In this document: positions 25,638 through 37,720 of the stretch, one piece after another
Layout of the letters: each line of letters opens with the position of its first letter
Position numbering within the stretch: position 1 is the first letter of the stretch
Assembly (NCBI GenBank): GCA_965202585.1
Contig: OZ241827.1
Coordinates: 60,946,001-61,010,000, forward strand
From: Thalia democratica
Lineage: Eukaryota
Direction: 5' to 3'
Length of the DNA: 64,000 bases
Translations under genes and position numbers: made by a program
The notes under the pieces: model-generated
Told to the model about the DNA's origin: nothing
What the model saw: only the letters and a program-made list of their open reading frames with translations
The model's database searches: none

Positions 25638-28600
25638 TTATTTTTTCCTCGTGACCATCATCATCGTCTTCTTCAAACTCGTGACGTCATCGAACGTCAT
25701 CCACTTGACGCCGTTGGCGAAACTTCCCCCATTCCGATACTCGCCGTTCAGGTTGCACCTGCTGCACCTGTTGAACCACCAGCCTCCACCGCCCCCCTTC
25801 GACGCGGAGCAGTTCACTGTGAAGTATTTCGGTAAATTTTGAAACTAAGCTCTGGGTCTTATCAATTGTCGCAAATAAACAAATGCTTATTTTTTCTTCA
25901 CTTGGAAAAAAATCAAACTTGTTAACAATGAATTTTAAAAACGTTATATAGTTAAATATTATTTTGCTAAATGTTTAATTGATGCTTATTCTTATTAGTT
26001 CAAAGTTTAAGTTATAAGTAATGTTATCCTGTTTATAAGTTCTCACCATCTTCATAATTGTCGTTGTCCTGATCTTTCGTTGAAAACTTCATGCCGTTTT
26101 GATACTCCAAAGAGTTGCCTGAAAAAAAATTTTCGGTTCAAACGTGTAAGTTTAACGTTGTTCGATTTAATCAAAGCTGTATTATCTTTAAAGTTGTAAA
26201 AAAGTGCGCATTAACGAGTATACAAACTATGAGAAAATCATTAATGTTTTATAAACAAAACAAAAACGAATTCCAACCTGCGGTTCCGTTGTAGTTGTCG
26301 ACGTGTAAAGTAAACTTTTCCGATTCGCTATCTATGTAGAACTCACTAAAAATAAAAAAGAAAATTGATTTATCGTATTTCAAAGTGGTAGCCGAAATCG
26401 GTTATTTTTAAATAGATCAGTAGAATTCAAACACTTGTAAAAGTAGCATAACAAGTTATTAACCCGTAATCTGCATACGCTGTTTCTTCTCTGACACTTT
26501 GCATTACTATTCTTAAAACGTAATCGTTTTCTTTCACCAATGAATATATATTTCTCAGACCTTAATTTTTAGAGTTATATTTATAGATAATAGCTGCAGA
26601 AGGTAGGCTCATAAACTTTGTTTTGTACTTTAAAAACGTTTAAAGTTTGGTAATAAGTAAAAGTAAAAGTCTTTGAAATAGTAAAAACATTTTAAGTATG
26701 ACAAATGCATTTACCCAATAGAAAAAAATATTAAACAATTTTTTAAGTTGTTTTGTTAAATCTAAAATTAAAAAGTAAAACAACTTAATTAACGATTTTA
26801 AATTAACCTAAACTTTATTGTTGTAAAAAGAATTGTTTTTGTTAATTTCAAAATGAATACACACACTATGAAACAAAACTAATAGAATAACAATATAATG
26901 TTTTTAACATTTTGTTAAATTTGGACATAGTTTTTAAATACAAGCAACTACTACACTTTAAAAACTAACCCAGCCAATAATCTGTGTCTCCGAATCCAGT
27001 TAAGTAATCAGACCAATTTCTTTTAAAACTTGTTGTTCCTTCAGTTCTTGATTGTATTACCTTTTAAATTTGATTTCTTAAATGTACATGTGTAAAACTA
27101 AATTCCACAATTAAGTTTTCTAAATAAGTATAACATGTTAGTTATTTTTTTTCTATTAGATATTATGAAATTAAATAATTCTTGCAAATTATTTTTAGTT
27201 ATTAATACTCATAAACAACTTGATATGTTTTATTCATCAGCAGAATTAAACTAATAAAGTATATTTCACCTAAGATGTTTATATAGTTAATTGTATGTAT
27301 AACTTACAGTCCATGGAGTGCCATCGGAATTAAACAAGCAATTAACTTCAACTTGTTTTGTGACGTCATCAAACGGATAAATGCTGTAAACACCGTCTTG
27401 AGCGTCTACGTCGATTTCAATGACGTCATTACAATCGCGTGGCATGCCTTTAAACAAAAAACATTTATAAGACATGTTTTAGGATTGCCATCAACATAGT
27501 TGTTGTTAATATTAAGTTAAAGGGTTAACAACGCAAATCGTTGTTGAGAGATAACAAAAAAAAATTATTTAATCTTATTTATTATTAAAATTCTAAGCAA
27601 TACCGAAAGTATAAGATAAATGTTACAAAAATAGTTAAACCTAAATACCACTTCAACTAAAACAAATAAGTAGTTAGAAAACTATACTACGTAGTTTACA
27701 AAACCAACTTAGTTTACAAGCATGTAGCACACTATCTGGTTTTATTATTTCTCCGTTTTGACAAACAGGCTTGTTGTCATTCACTAAGGAGTACCGGGAA
27801 TAGCAGTTGACAAGCTCATGACCGGACGGTACTAAACTGCCCACGTTTTCAGTTAAATTTCCATTGTATATTTCAATGTCCTCGACAACACATGGCTTTT
27901 CTATCAAGTTATTTAGTTAATAAACAAAAAAGAAAACAATAAAAGTTCTTATAGTACGAAATGTTGAAACTTACAGTTTAATAATGTTAAAAACTTAAGT
28001 TTTAATGTTGTTTTCATGAAATAACTTTGGAAAATTACTGTCAAATTTATGAACAAACCTAACACAGGTTTTTCAAATTTTTTATTGTGTTCTGTAAGTT
28101 TTTCAAAATTAATTTTCAAATTTTCATGTTTAGTTTGTAGTTCATTTAGTTTATCACTCAATTGTTTTGTCATTCTGGTTAGCACTTGAATTTTATTGTT
28201 AAGTTCTTCGTTTTCTGCAAAAATTATATGATATACTGTATAAAAATACTGATCTAATTTGAACTAACATAGTGTATTTAGTGTAAAGTATCTGAATAAA
28301 AAAAAAAGTTGCTGCAACAGCATTATTAAAAGATCAAGTTTGTGTTTTCTTGTAGTAATCATTGAATTTTGCTACTTATTTTTAAAATTTACATCTTCAT
28401 TTATAAGCTTTAAAACTTCCATGCGTTTTAAATTTTTATCATTTATGATCAATAAAAAAAAAACTCAACTAACGAATGAGTATTTAAAACCTTTTAAAAG
28501 AAACCATCAAGTTACGATAAAATAACACGTAATCAATAAAAAGTTTTGGCTGATGTCAACCTTTCAGCTGCTGAGAGTTTTCGTTTTTTTTAATTTCTCC

Positions 28601-28774
28601 ATTCAACTCCCTTTTCTCATGATCGCCACCATTTGTGGACGAACCACCTAGTGGTGGAATTTCATCGCCGCAATTCAGAGTGGTCCGCAGTCGACATTGG
28701 CTCAAGTCGGGAATTTGGCCGAAACACGCGGAACAAGACAGGAAAGTGAACAGCAGAAATGTTACTGCTTGCAT
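25638..28774 (-). CDS. Secreted fibrinogen-related protein: signal peptide, Cys motif, coiled coil, sushi/CCP, fibrinogen C domain (402 aa, 9 exons)
   Basis: Exons 28774-28561, 28214-28059, 27900-27709, 27447-27308, 27060-26970, 26560-26464, 26345-26278, 26118-26047, 25816-25638. All GT-AG with consistent phases, 1209 nt total. FBG motifs PRDC, WTVIQSR, FKRNWSDYLTGFG, DYWLGL, FSTKDQDND, GGWWFNRCSRCNLNG and NGVKW...SLKKTMMM. Confidence 0.92.
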
Positions 28775-31264
28775 TTTATTGGCTGTGTTTCAAAAAATAT
28801 TTTTATAAACTTTGCACAACAACTAAAAATAAAAGCTAAACTTATTTACTAGAAACAAATTTTCCAATTTCGACAAACAAACTTTATTAATAAAGTTGAA
28901 ATTTGTTAAAAAATAATCTTACGCTAAATTATAAAAATTAAGCAATAAAGTGTTCAGCATAAAGACAAAATACTAATTTCACTTTCTTATAAGTGAGCCT
29001 AAATACAAAATTGTAGTACTTTATAATTGATATTTTTTTCCGGATCAGTAAATTTTAAGCTAATGGTTTCAATAATAAAATAAAATCAAGTTTACAAATT
29101 AACAATTTGTATGTCTAATAAAATACTTTAATAAAACATTTATCTGTTTTTTAACAAACTAAAACCTTAATAAAAGAACTTGAGTCACTTACTTTTTTTT
29201 TGTTTTATTTAAAAATTTAAATGTACATAATTTTTTTTTTAACTTACGATTATTAAACACCCAATTTTATTTTCATTGTAAAAAACTATAAGAAATTAAT
29301 CTTAGATATAGTACTCATTAAATAACAACTATTTTGGAAAGCTATTATGAAACTTTATATACAAAACCACATATATCACTTTTTATTTGATTTCAAAGTT
29401 TTTAGTTACTTTGTAGAGTATACAAATTTTTATAACTAAATATAAATTCAAACATAACGTAAAACTTTACAACATGGAAAATTTCAAAGTTTACTCTTTT
29501 TTTGAGATTATTTTACTTGCTATATATATACTCACAATATGTTTGTATGATTTTAGTAATCCAGGATAAAGATTAAGTAAAATAACTATTTTGAACTGTA
29601 ATGGAAGTGATTAGATTAAAGATATTTAAATCAAATTATTTTTTTCTCCGCCTTAAGTAATTTAAGTTAGCGGCAAAGTTTTAGGATTAAGTTAGAATAA
29701 GATTATATATGAGTAAGCTTATTTTAAGCTCAGTTTAATTTAATAATAGTTTTTTATATAAATACTTGTAAATGTATTTAATCATAGGCATTTGTTGTTT
29801 TATAATTTTAAATAAATTTTACAATGATTTTTCTATTTTAAAGAAGTGAACCTTCTTTCATACTTTAAACCTCGTATAAAACCTCGTAAAAAATCCTCGA
29901 GACTAACGCTTTATAGAACAAGTCTTTTGCAGGTCGTAATTATTCAAAATATTTGCAATAAATATATAAAAAGACCATTTTAAAGAAAAATGTGAAAAAT
30001 AAACAGAAAAAAAAAGTACTCGTGTTTATTGATTATTAACTTATGAGACGACTTGAAAGTTTTTATCTCAGTATTTGTAATACTTAAAATAAGTAGTTTT
30101 TCGATTTAAAAACTATTGCCAACCCCTATTAGTTTAGTACCTTATACTGTACAAGTTCTACAATAGATTTGTTACAGTAGGCTTGAATTTGAATAAAAAG
30201 AAATTTAGTAGATTAAATAACCATACTAAATAATAAATTTAGAACTTATTTATTACCTGTAGTTATTATTTTTGTTAAGGTGCGTATTGTTAAATGGCTT
30301 ATACATAACAAATATACTTCAAAAATTTTTTTAATAAAAGTAAGTTATAATATTTCACATAAATGTTGATATAATACTTTTATAGAAAAAAGATTTAGTA
30401 GTTGCTGAAAAAAAGAAGAAGTAAAAAACATTTTACCTTTTTAAAAAGAACCTTACACAATTAATACCAAAACTTGTTGTTTAATCAAAACAAGTAAATT
30501 TTTTCAAATTAAAATAGAGTTGTTGTTCTCATTAAAGTAGTTTTGTTTAAAATGCCTTAAAAACAGATAAAGTTGAAATTTATTTTTAAATTATATCCAA
30601 AATTTTTTTTTACAAAGAACTTAGTATAAAACAAGTGCATAGAAAAAACTTTAAACATTCTGCAATTTATCGTAGAGATTTAAAATTTTGTTAAACTACA
30701 TAAAAAGTCCATTCTAACTAAAGAAATAAAGTAAAAACTAGATCAAAAAATTTAGCTTTACTTTCTAAGTTTCCTTCGTAAGAAAATTATAACCAACTTT
30801 GCACATTTTGTTTAACGGTTGAATTCGTTACATTGCTTAGCACATGCGTTGTCGCAAAAAAAAATATTGGAAATGTCCTAAAGAGTTTTTGTCGAGCTTA
30901 AGAAAGGAAACAAAGTTTAAAGAAACTAAAAAGTAAGTTTTCGCTAGAGTTACAAAATCTAAACTAACCACACTATAGCCTATGTTGGTGTAAAAAATTT
31001 TAAAATAAGATAAAATATATTTATGAATTATTTGTTTAACAATACTAAATTCTTTTGAAACCTTAAAAACCTCGCATACTATTTTTATTAAGTGTTATTA
31101 TTTAATAAAGCTAGACTTCACCGCATAACATTGTTCTAGCATAACTGATAAGATTTATCTCATGACTAATATTATCATAATTTTTTCAACTTTACCCACA
31201 AACGGTCGCTTCAGTACTTTGTACTTAAGCCCGCTTGGTTAAGATCACAACAGCGGTTTCTCGC

Positions 31265-31318
31265 GACTATTCCTGCCCGATGAGTCCTAATTAGGACGAA
31301 ACCGGTCGTAGGATTGTC
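31265..31318 (+). ncRNA. Minimal type-I hammerhead ribozyme with a variant core (CCGAUGA)
   Basis: UCCUGC CCGAUGA GUCCU AAUU AGGAC GAAAC CG GUC GUAGGA. Stem I is 31271-31276/31308-31313, extendable with gac/gtc. Stem II is perfect with a G-C closing pair, stem III is the palindrome ACCGGU, and the GUC triplet predicts cleavage after 31307. Confidence 0.8.
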
Positions 31319-32060
31319 TCGGATGCTGTTGTTGTTGATTTTGCGGTGAAGTTAATTGTTCAATATAATCATGAAGTATTAATAGTGTTTAGATTAAACC
31401 ATTTTATTTATTAAAGTAATTTAAAACACATTAAAATAAATGCAAAGTAGTTAGATATGTTTTATTGACGAAGTAAATAACAACTACAGGTTAATTAAAC
31501 TGTTAATGATAGTTCAAGCAGTTTTCAACAATAACAATATATTGCTATACTTTAGAATTTAGATATTAGATTACTATATTAGATATCAGACTACTTATTT
31601 GTACCAATTTTTATATAAAACATTCAATTAGCTAAACTTTTCTATAATTATTTCTAATCAAGTTTTTATAATTAAAAATGAAACCAAAAGGTTAAGTATT
31701 GTTTTTTTTTGGTTTTACGTTTTATAAGCTGTAGTAAAAAAACAATTACAAAAAGCAACTAATAAAAAATAACTAATTAAAAAATAAGCTCGAAAACTTT
31801 TTATTTATTCTTATTTTTTTTAATTATTTACGTGCTGTGATTAAATTTCAATTTCAAAATAGTTTTAATTTAACAAATAATTGAAAAAACTAAAACAAGT
31901 GTAAAATAATATACTCAGTTTTATCAAAACTTATAAGCATTATTTTATTTGTAAAATACTGCATAAACTTTTATTAATAGTTGACAAGATGCATAGTTGG
32001 TAAATTCAATAAAACTATTGAAGTATATACAAAGAGATTTTTGTTTGCTAAAACATTTAA

Positions 32061-33390
32061 TCAGTACTGCATGGAAATTTCATTAAACATTTTATTTCTT
32101 AAGACTTTAACTTTAGACTTTTTCAATGAGGCTGTAACCCTTTTCAGTTTTTTAGCAAGAATGACATCAAGTGTTGAGTAAATAATCGGATTAAGCAAAC
32201 TGTTAATCGGCAAGAGAATAATTGTTCTCAGTTAATGAATGATATCAGAAATTGGGTAGCCAAAAATTTTGCGAATGAAGACACAATTATTGGTAACCAG
32301 CAGCATATGCCTGTTGCCACGGTTAAAGATACTTTGATAAGCATAGCGTTTTCGTTTTGAACTATAAAACCCAAATATTTTCTTAATACCAACACTTGTA
32401 TTTGGGTGCAGATTTCTGAAACTGTATGAATTTAAATGCTAGTCTTTGTAGTCTCTAATACTTCTAATAGTTTTCGAGTATGGTATACTTTTAGATTTTG
32501 ATGTTATTAACAACTTTGTACAAATCTTCAGGTGTTATAATTCGGTCTAAGTCTTTGTTTGAAAGCAAAATATTGCTTGATATAACCATTTCTTGCGTAA
32601 ATTCCTTTAAAAAACTTCATGTATAAGTGACGAAACTAGTGGGCTGATCCAACAAGTTAGCAATAAAAAACAAACTTTATTATTTTTTATATCCAAGCTT
32701 TTGAAAGGCTTATAAACGGTGTAAAGACGGAACCCACAACACTAAAATACTCAAAGAAGTTTGCGATGAAACTGAAATTATTGTTCCAATTGCATTGCAA
32801 ATTAAACTGGAACGCAGTTCAAGATCTCTTGTACAAAAAAGTCCGACGTAAAAGACTATTCCGACTTGTTCGACTTAAAAGCCATTGAAGCTAAAACAAA
32901 CCCGAAAATAACATCAGAGAATGATAGGTTTAAAATAAACAGCGAATTGTAATACTTTGTTGATCGCTCATCAACAACATTTTTAAGCTTTTTGAAATTA
33001 TTCCTTAGTACAAATGCGTTTGAAAATATAACAAAAATAAAAATAATCCACACATACCGACTAAAGTAATAATTTTTTATCATTTGCTCTGCTGAGCTGA
33101 TAGAATTTTTTACATTCATCAGAGAGATCAGCGCAATCTAGCTTTTCATCGTTAATTTTTTTCTAGCAATTGAAACAGGGTAAATACCAGGGGCTTTCAA
33201 GCAGGTTATCCTTGCACGTTTAGACAAGTTACTCTTGTCAAAGGTGAAGTTTAAGTTTTTTAGTTTGCCAGTAAAACTTATGGTTCGGTTTTTCAAAACT
33301 ACTTTTTAATTAGTTCCGGTTTCAAGGAAAGGGATATAGTTTAGCACTGAATCATTAAAATAAAACTGAAAAAAGCTTCACTCGTTTGTT
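32061..33390 (-). pseudogene. Class A GPCR pseudogene with an N-terminal LDLa-like motif (LGR/GRL101/RXFP-like 7TM)
   Basis: Pieces across several frames: LDCADLSDEC; YVWIIFIFVIFSNAFV; FILNLSFSD; LRSSLICNAIGTIISVSSQTSL..FRLYTVYKPF; VATGICCWLPII; LLPINSLLNPIIYS. Multiple stops and frameshifts. Confidence 0.85.
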
Positions 33391-34490
33391 TCCAGTAAAA
33401 CAACTTTTATTTTATTTTGTGTTTTCTATAACTAAAAAGCTTGCAGCGTTTGTCAACAAATTTATTTATGTTTAGTCAAGGTTAAACTACATTTTAGCTT
33501 GTTAATCATACCCATGTTAATCTCAGGTACAATGTAATGACGACAAAGGGGCAGATTAATTTTTCTTACCTTATTAAAATCTGCAACTATGTTATAACTG
33601 CAAAAAAAAAGCTAACCTGAAACATTCAAGTGTGTTATAAAACTGTATTTGGGGTATTAATAGTTATCTGATAACATTTAAAGTGCTAAACCCAGTTTAT
33701 ATTTATAACAATAACACGTATGATTTTGTTTTTTCTTTCACCAAAACCAATCAATAAACGCTTTCTATATTATAGGAGAAAACATAAAACTTAAAGCAAG
33801 TAATGTTTTGTTAAATTTTACTATTTATATTTATTTCTCTTTACGTTTAGGTTGTTAGGATTCGCATAATCCGGTTTACATTTCGTCCAAGTCTAAGCCA
33901 CAAAAAACTTTTTATTTTACTTAATATTGAACTCGAAGTTTATACAATGATAAGTACTGCTAAAAAGTTTTATTTTAATTATTTAGCAAAAGATTGTCTG
34001 TTAAAACTTAAGTTAATTAGTTATGTAAAGATATATCTAAGTGTAAGATATAAGCCCAAATAATTTCGTGATCTTCTTACCATGTACATTATTTACTCTC
34101 AAACAAAGTTTGACGTAATGTTTTTCGAATCCACGTTGAGTTTCTACGAGAAAACAACTTTTAAAAGTGAGCATTAACATTATGGCCGGTCAATTACGGT
34201 GCTCAAGGCTTCTATAGTTTTATACATTTTTGAATAAACGTTTTAGTTCATACGGCTTTAATACATGTTGTGCTTTAATACAAAAATATCTTAGTTAGCT
34301 AGTACATATTAAATACATTAAGAAACAAAAGACTACTTTTTATTGTTAAAAAAACAATGATTTTTTACATAGACTTATATGCTAAAGTTTAGATCTTCAA
34401 ATAAAAGATTCTTATACACAGCCAACTTTCAGTAAAAAGTTTACTTTTTTGTTTATTGCTTTAATGATAAATATAAGTGTTTGGATATAA

Positions 34491-35565
34491 TTAGAATTTT
34501 TGACTTTGTTCAGTTTTAGGATGTCCTTTTAAAGAATTTAAGTATCCGTACAATGTTTCAGGTAATTCGAACTCTACGTTAACATCTTCTCTTTTATCAG
34601 CTGTTGTTACAAACAGTTCGTAATCTTCTAGTTCATGACTGTATGAAAACAGGTTTGCCAAAAACGTAGATTCTTCTTCCACAAAAAGTCTAAACACATT
34701 TTCATCGAAAGCAGATGGCTTTATTTGCTGTTTAAACGAAAACACGGATTTGTGCATGTCTTTAGAATACAAGCTATTAACTTGTACCCCTCTTTTTTTC
34801 AAGTTGACCCAGAGTTACCCAAGAATTTTCCTTATTCTTATCTGAACCTTCTGTAAGAGGCAGTTTTTTATTTGAACCACAAATTTTAGCACTATACAGA
34901 GGATCGTAGAGTTCAAAGCTTTGCGTTCGTAGCTATAATCCACTACAACGTATCCGTGACCGGTCTTTTTATCCGGTTTGCAGTTCAACGCCAGTATGAT
35001 TCCAATTACCACTGAACTTTTGGTGTCTACCAAACACTTGATGCAGTCAACTACGCCGTCCTTTGAACCCTCCTTTTCCCAATGACGAAAACCAGTCATG
35101 CATTCGCTGATAGAAGAAAACGCGAAATTCGGATGAATATTGCTGCAACGATCGTAAGAGCCGCGGCAAGCTCGCTTCACAAAGGACTTTTCAAAATAAG
35201 AAGGCAGACTGATCTCGCCTTCACGCGCCGACCTGGCATACGCGAGCGAGTTGTTTTTACGAACCGGCAATGCGTCGTCGACGGTGACTTTCGTTGGAGC
35301 TCCCTCGCAATACATGGTGAATTTCATTTTGTCGTTGGTGCGATTGTTGGATGTAGTTCATCCGAAAACTCAGGCCGCTGTGAAACTGCTGCCAGTGCGG
35401 AGACCAGCCCGCAGTTTGGAATTTCCGCTTGAAGTCGCTCGGCAACAGCTTCTTGTTTTCGATCGACTTTTTTCTTTTCTGGTTTTTATCGCTAGGAAAC
35501 TTGGATTTGCGTTTTTTGTGCTTTGCCATGAGTTTAAAACAATCATCCTTCTTTAACTTTTTCAT
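34491..35565 (-). pseudogene. Intronless calpain-like (CysPc) cysteine protease pseudogene
   Basis: Frameshifted pieces: NCGLVSALAAVSQRPEF (Cys at 35411-35413); FTMYCEGAPTKVTVDDALP...FEKSFVKRACRGSYD; GHGYVVV (His at 34956-34958); FELYDP at the usual Asn position; SWVTLGQL. At least four frame changes. Confidence 0.8.
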
Positions 35566-35906
35566 TTTATTACATTTTTGTTTTGTATAGATTGATACTG
35601 ATTAAAAATTTCAATAGTTTTAAAACAAAGAAAATAAGTAAGTGATGCTTTGATATTTGTACTAAATAAATAAAACAAACGATGATTTTTTAGTATTTTT
35701 ATTGTTATTTACAAACTATTATTTTATTTATAAATTGATAATTTTACTAGACTTAGTTTTTAGTTTTGATTTTATATTTATAAAAGCTGACAAAGTCGTT
35801 ACAAATTACTGTCAATAACAAAACTATCTTTAAATTGAAATTTCAAATAAAACATGTTTTATCATATTTTATTTAAAATACACTTTGATAATGTTAATGC
35901 TAAAAA

Positions 35907-36000
35907 CTAGTGATCTACCGAATCCAAGATTCGAACTCGGATTCGGACGATCCATAAAGTTCAAAATAAGACTCGGATTCGGATTCGACCGAATCTGAAA
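35907..36000 (+). mobile_element. Truncated end of a DNA-transposon family with ggattc/gaatcc subterminal repeats
   Basis: ctagtgatctaccgaatcc...ggattcggattcgaccgaatc. A related copy is nested at ~49547-49675 inside the 49461-50181 element. Confidence 0.55.
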
Positions 36001-37136
36001 TTTTTAATTTTGTAGACCACTTTAAACTTTTTGAATTTTAGTTAATTGTTTGTCAAAAGTTAAATGAAATGTAAAACTAATTAATTATTTCACCTTTGAG
36101 TAGATAAAAAATGTTTTTTTGCATTTATAAAAGCCTTATCAATTCTATTTTAGAGTTTTGCACACAGTATAAAAACTATGATAAACTGTTTTTGTTAGAC
36201 TCTCAAATAAAATTAAGTACATAGTAAAGCATTTAATCTCTGCCTTTCGGATAACCGCTTTTATATAATCATCATATGTTTAGTTTTTTTATGTTTGCTC
36301 GTTGTAATGAAAATCTGCATTATTTATACAAAAAAAAATGCAACTTAAATATGTAAAATTAAAGCAGATGCTTCCATACTTTTAGCTATATACTTTTTGT
36401 TACTATTTTATTATTTATTTAATTGATAATCTTAACTTATGACATGTATGTTATAACTTCAAACATTTTAATATCTTATTAAAAAACAATTTTCTAAAGA
36501 AAAAAAATTTGTTACTAATAAAATATTAATTAATTTGTAATGAACTGCTGCAACTACTTACAATATTCATTGTTGAACTCTGAATATTAAGAGAATATTT
36601 AGAGCCTGTGCAGTTATTAGAAATAAGGCATAAAATCAATGATGCAACATTTCATCAAAAATATTTTGCCTAGTGATTTATAAAAGATTTAAAAGCAGCT
36701 TATATTTTTTGAGTAAGAAATTTTGTAATATTGTTGTGTTGTTCTTTTGTATAATTAATACATAATCAAAACTATCTTGCCTAATTTATACAAAATAGTC
36801 TAGAATAGTCTTTAGTATTGATAGATAAAAATCACTGATACAAAAAAAAGTTAGTAAAAAAGCATTATATACTCAAGCTGCCGGCAGAGGGTCCTAAGCA
36901 CAAACGTGCCTGAAAGTCACCCCGCCTGCAGGAAAAGTATTGGCAAAAAGGCCAGGTTGACAATCTACCCACAGACAGTCAACCAGACCTAACTGAGACT
37001 TTGGATGTTGGTCCATCAACATCTGTAGCTCATAAATTTTTAAATTTTTTTTATTTTATTTGATGCTCTGTTTTTGAAGTGAAAGATTGTTATGAAAACA
37101 AAATCCTAAATAACTGAAGTTATATTATTCTTATTA

Positions 37137-37720
37137 CAGGGTTGCCAAAAAACCTGAAACCCTGGAATTCGACAATTTAGACTAAAAAACCTATAAATCT
37201 TGAATTTGAGAAAATTTTGAAAAAAAAAACCTGGTAAAACTAGAATATAAACAAATAATCACTAAAAAACCAGGAACTTTAAACAATTTTTACATGTTAA
37301 GTAGTAAAATTTTTATTGACACAAAAAATCTTTCATATAGATAGAAATTTTTTGTCATCATGACATTTTTTTTGATTAAAAACCATTTTACTTTACAATG
37401 TTTTTATACAACTTGACACAGATTTTATCCTTAAACTAAACTTTAAACTAAAAATTAAACCCAAAAACAGTTTTTAGTGCCGAAGTACAGTTTACAAAAA
37501 CCATACGATTTAAAATAATTTGTTTTTTTAGCTTTTATCAATTATAGCAATCAAGGGTTGCAAAACACTCAGGGTACTCAGGGAAACGCAGGGTATTCTG
37601 AATTTTAGAAAGTCTTTCGGAGACTCAAGGAAATTCAGAGTAGTTTAATTTTTAATAAACATTTTAGGGTAGTTTTAAGACTTTCAAAATTTTAGGCTAG
37701 TTTTTCATATATTTTGAATG
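37137..37720 (+). mobile_element. Family-A-related hAT MITE fragment followed by a second hAT left end
   Basis: cagggttgccaaaaaacctg... with family-A internal sequence (tagatagaaattttttgtcatca). A second agggttgcaaaacactcaggg starts at ~37554. Confidence 0.65.

Noticed and set aside
27195-27247. CTGATGA on the minus strand in a FReP intron
   Set aside because: No GAAA/stem III/UH arrangement follows; not a hammerhead.
35082-35556. Plus-strand ORFs of 116 and 101 aa
   Set aside because: Antisense shadows of the GC-rich calpain-like sequence.
36887-36960. Twister-ribozyme-like GAGGGTCCTAAGC
   Set aside because: The P4 3' strand, P2 partner and T1 pseudoknot partner are absent in the required order.
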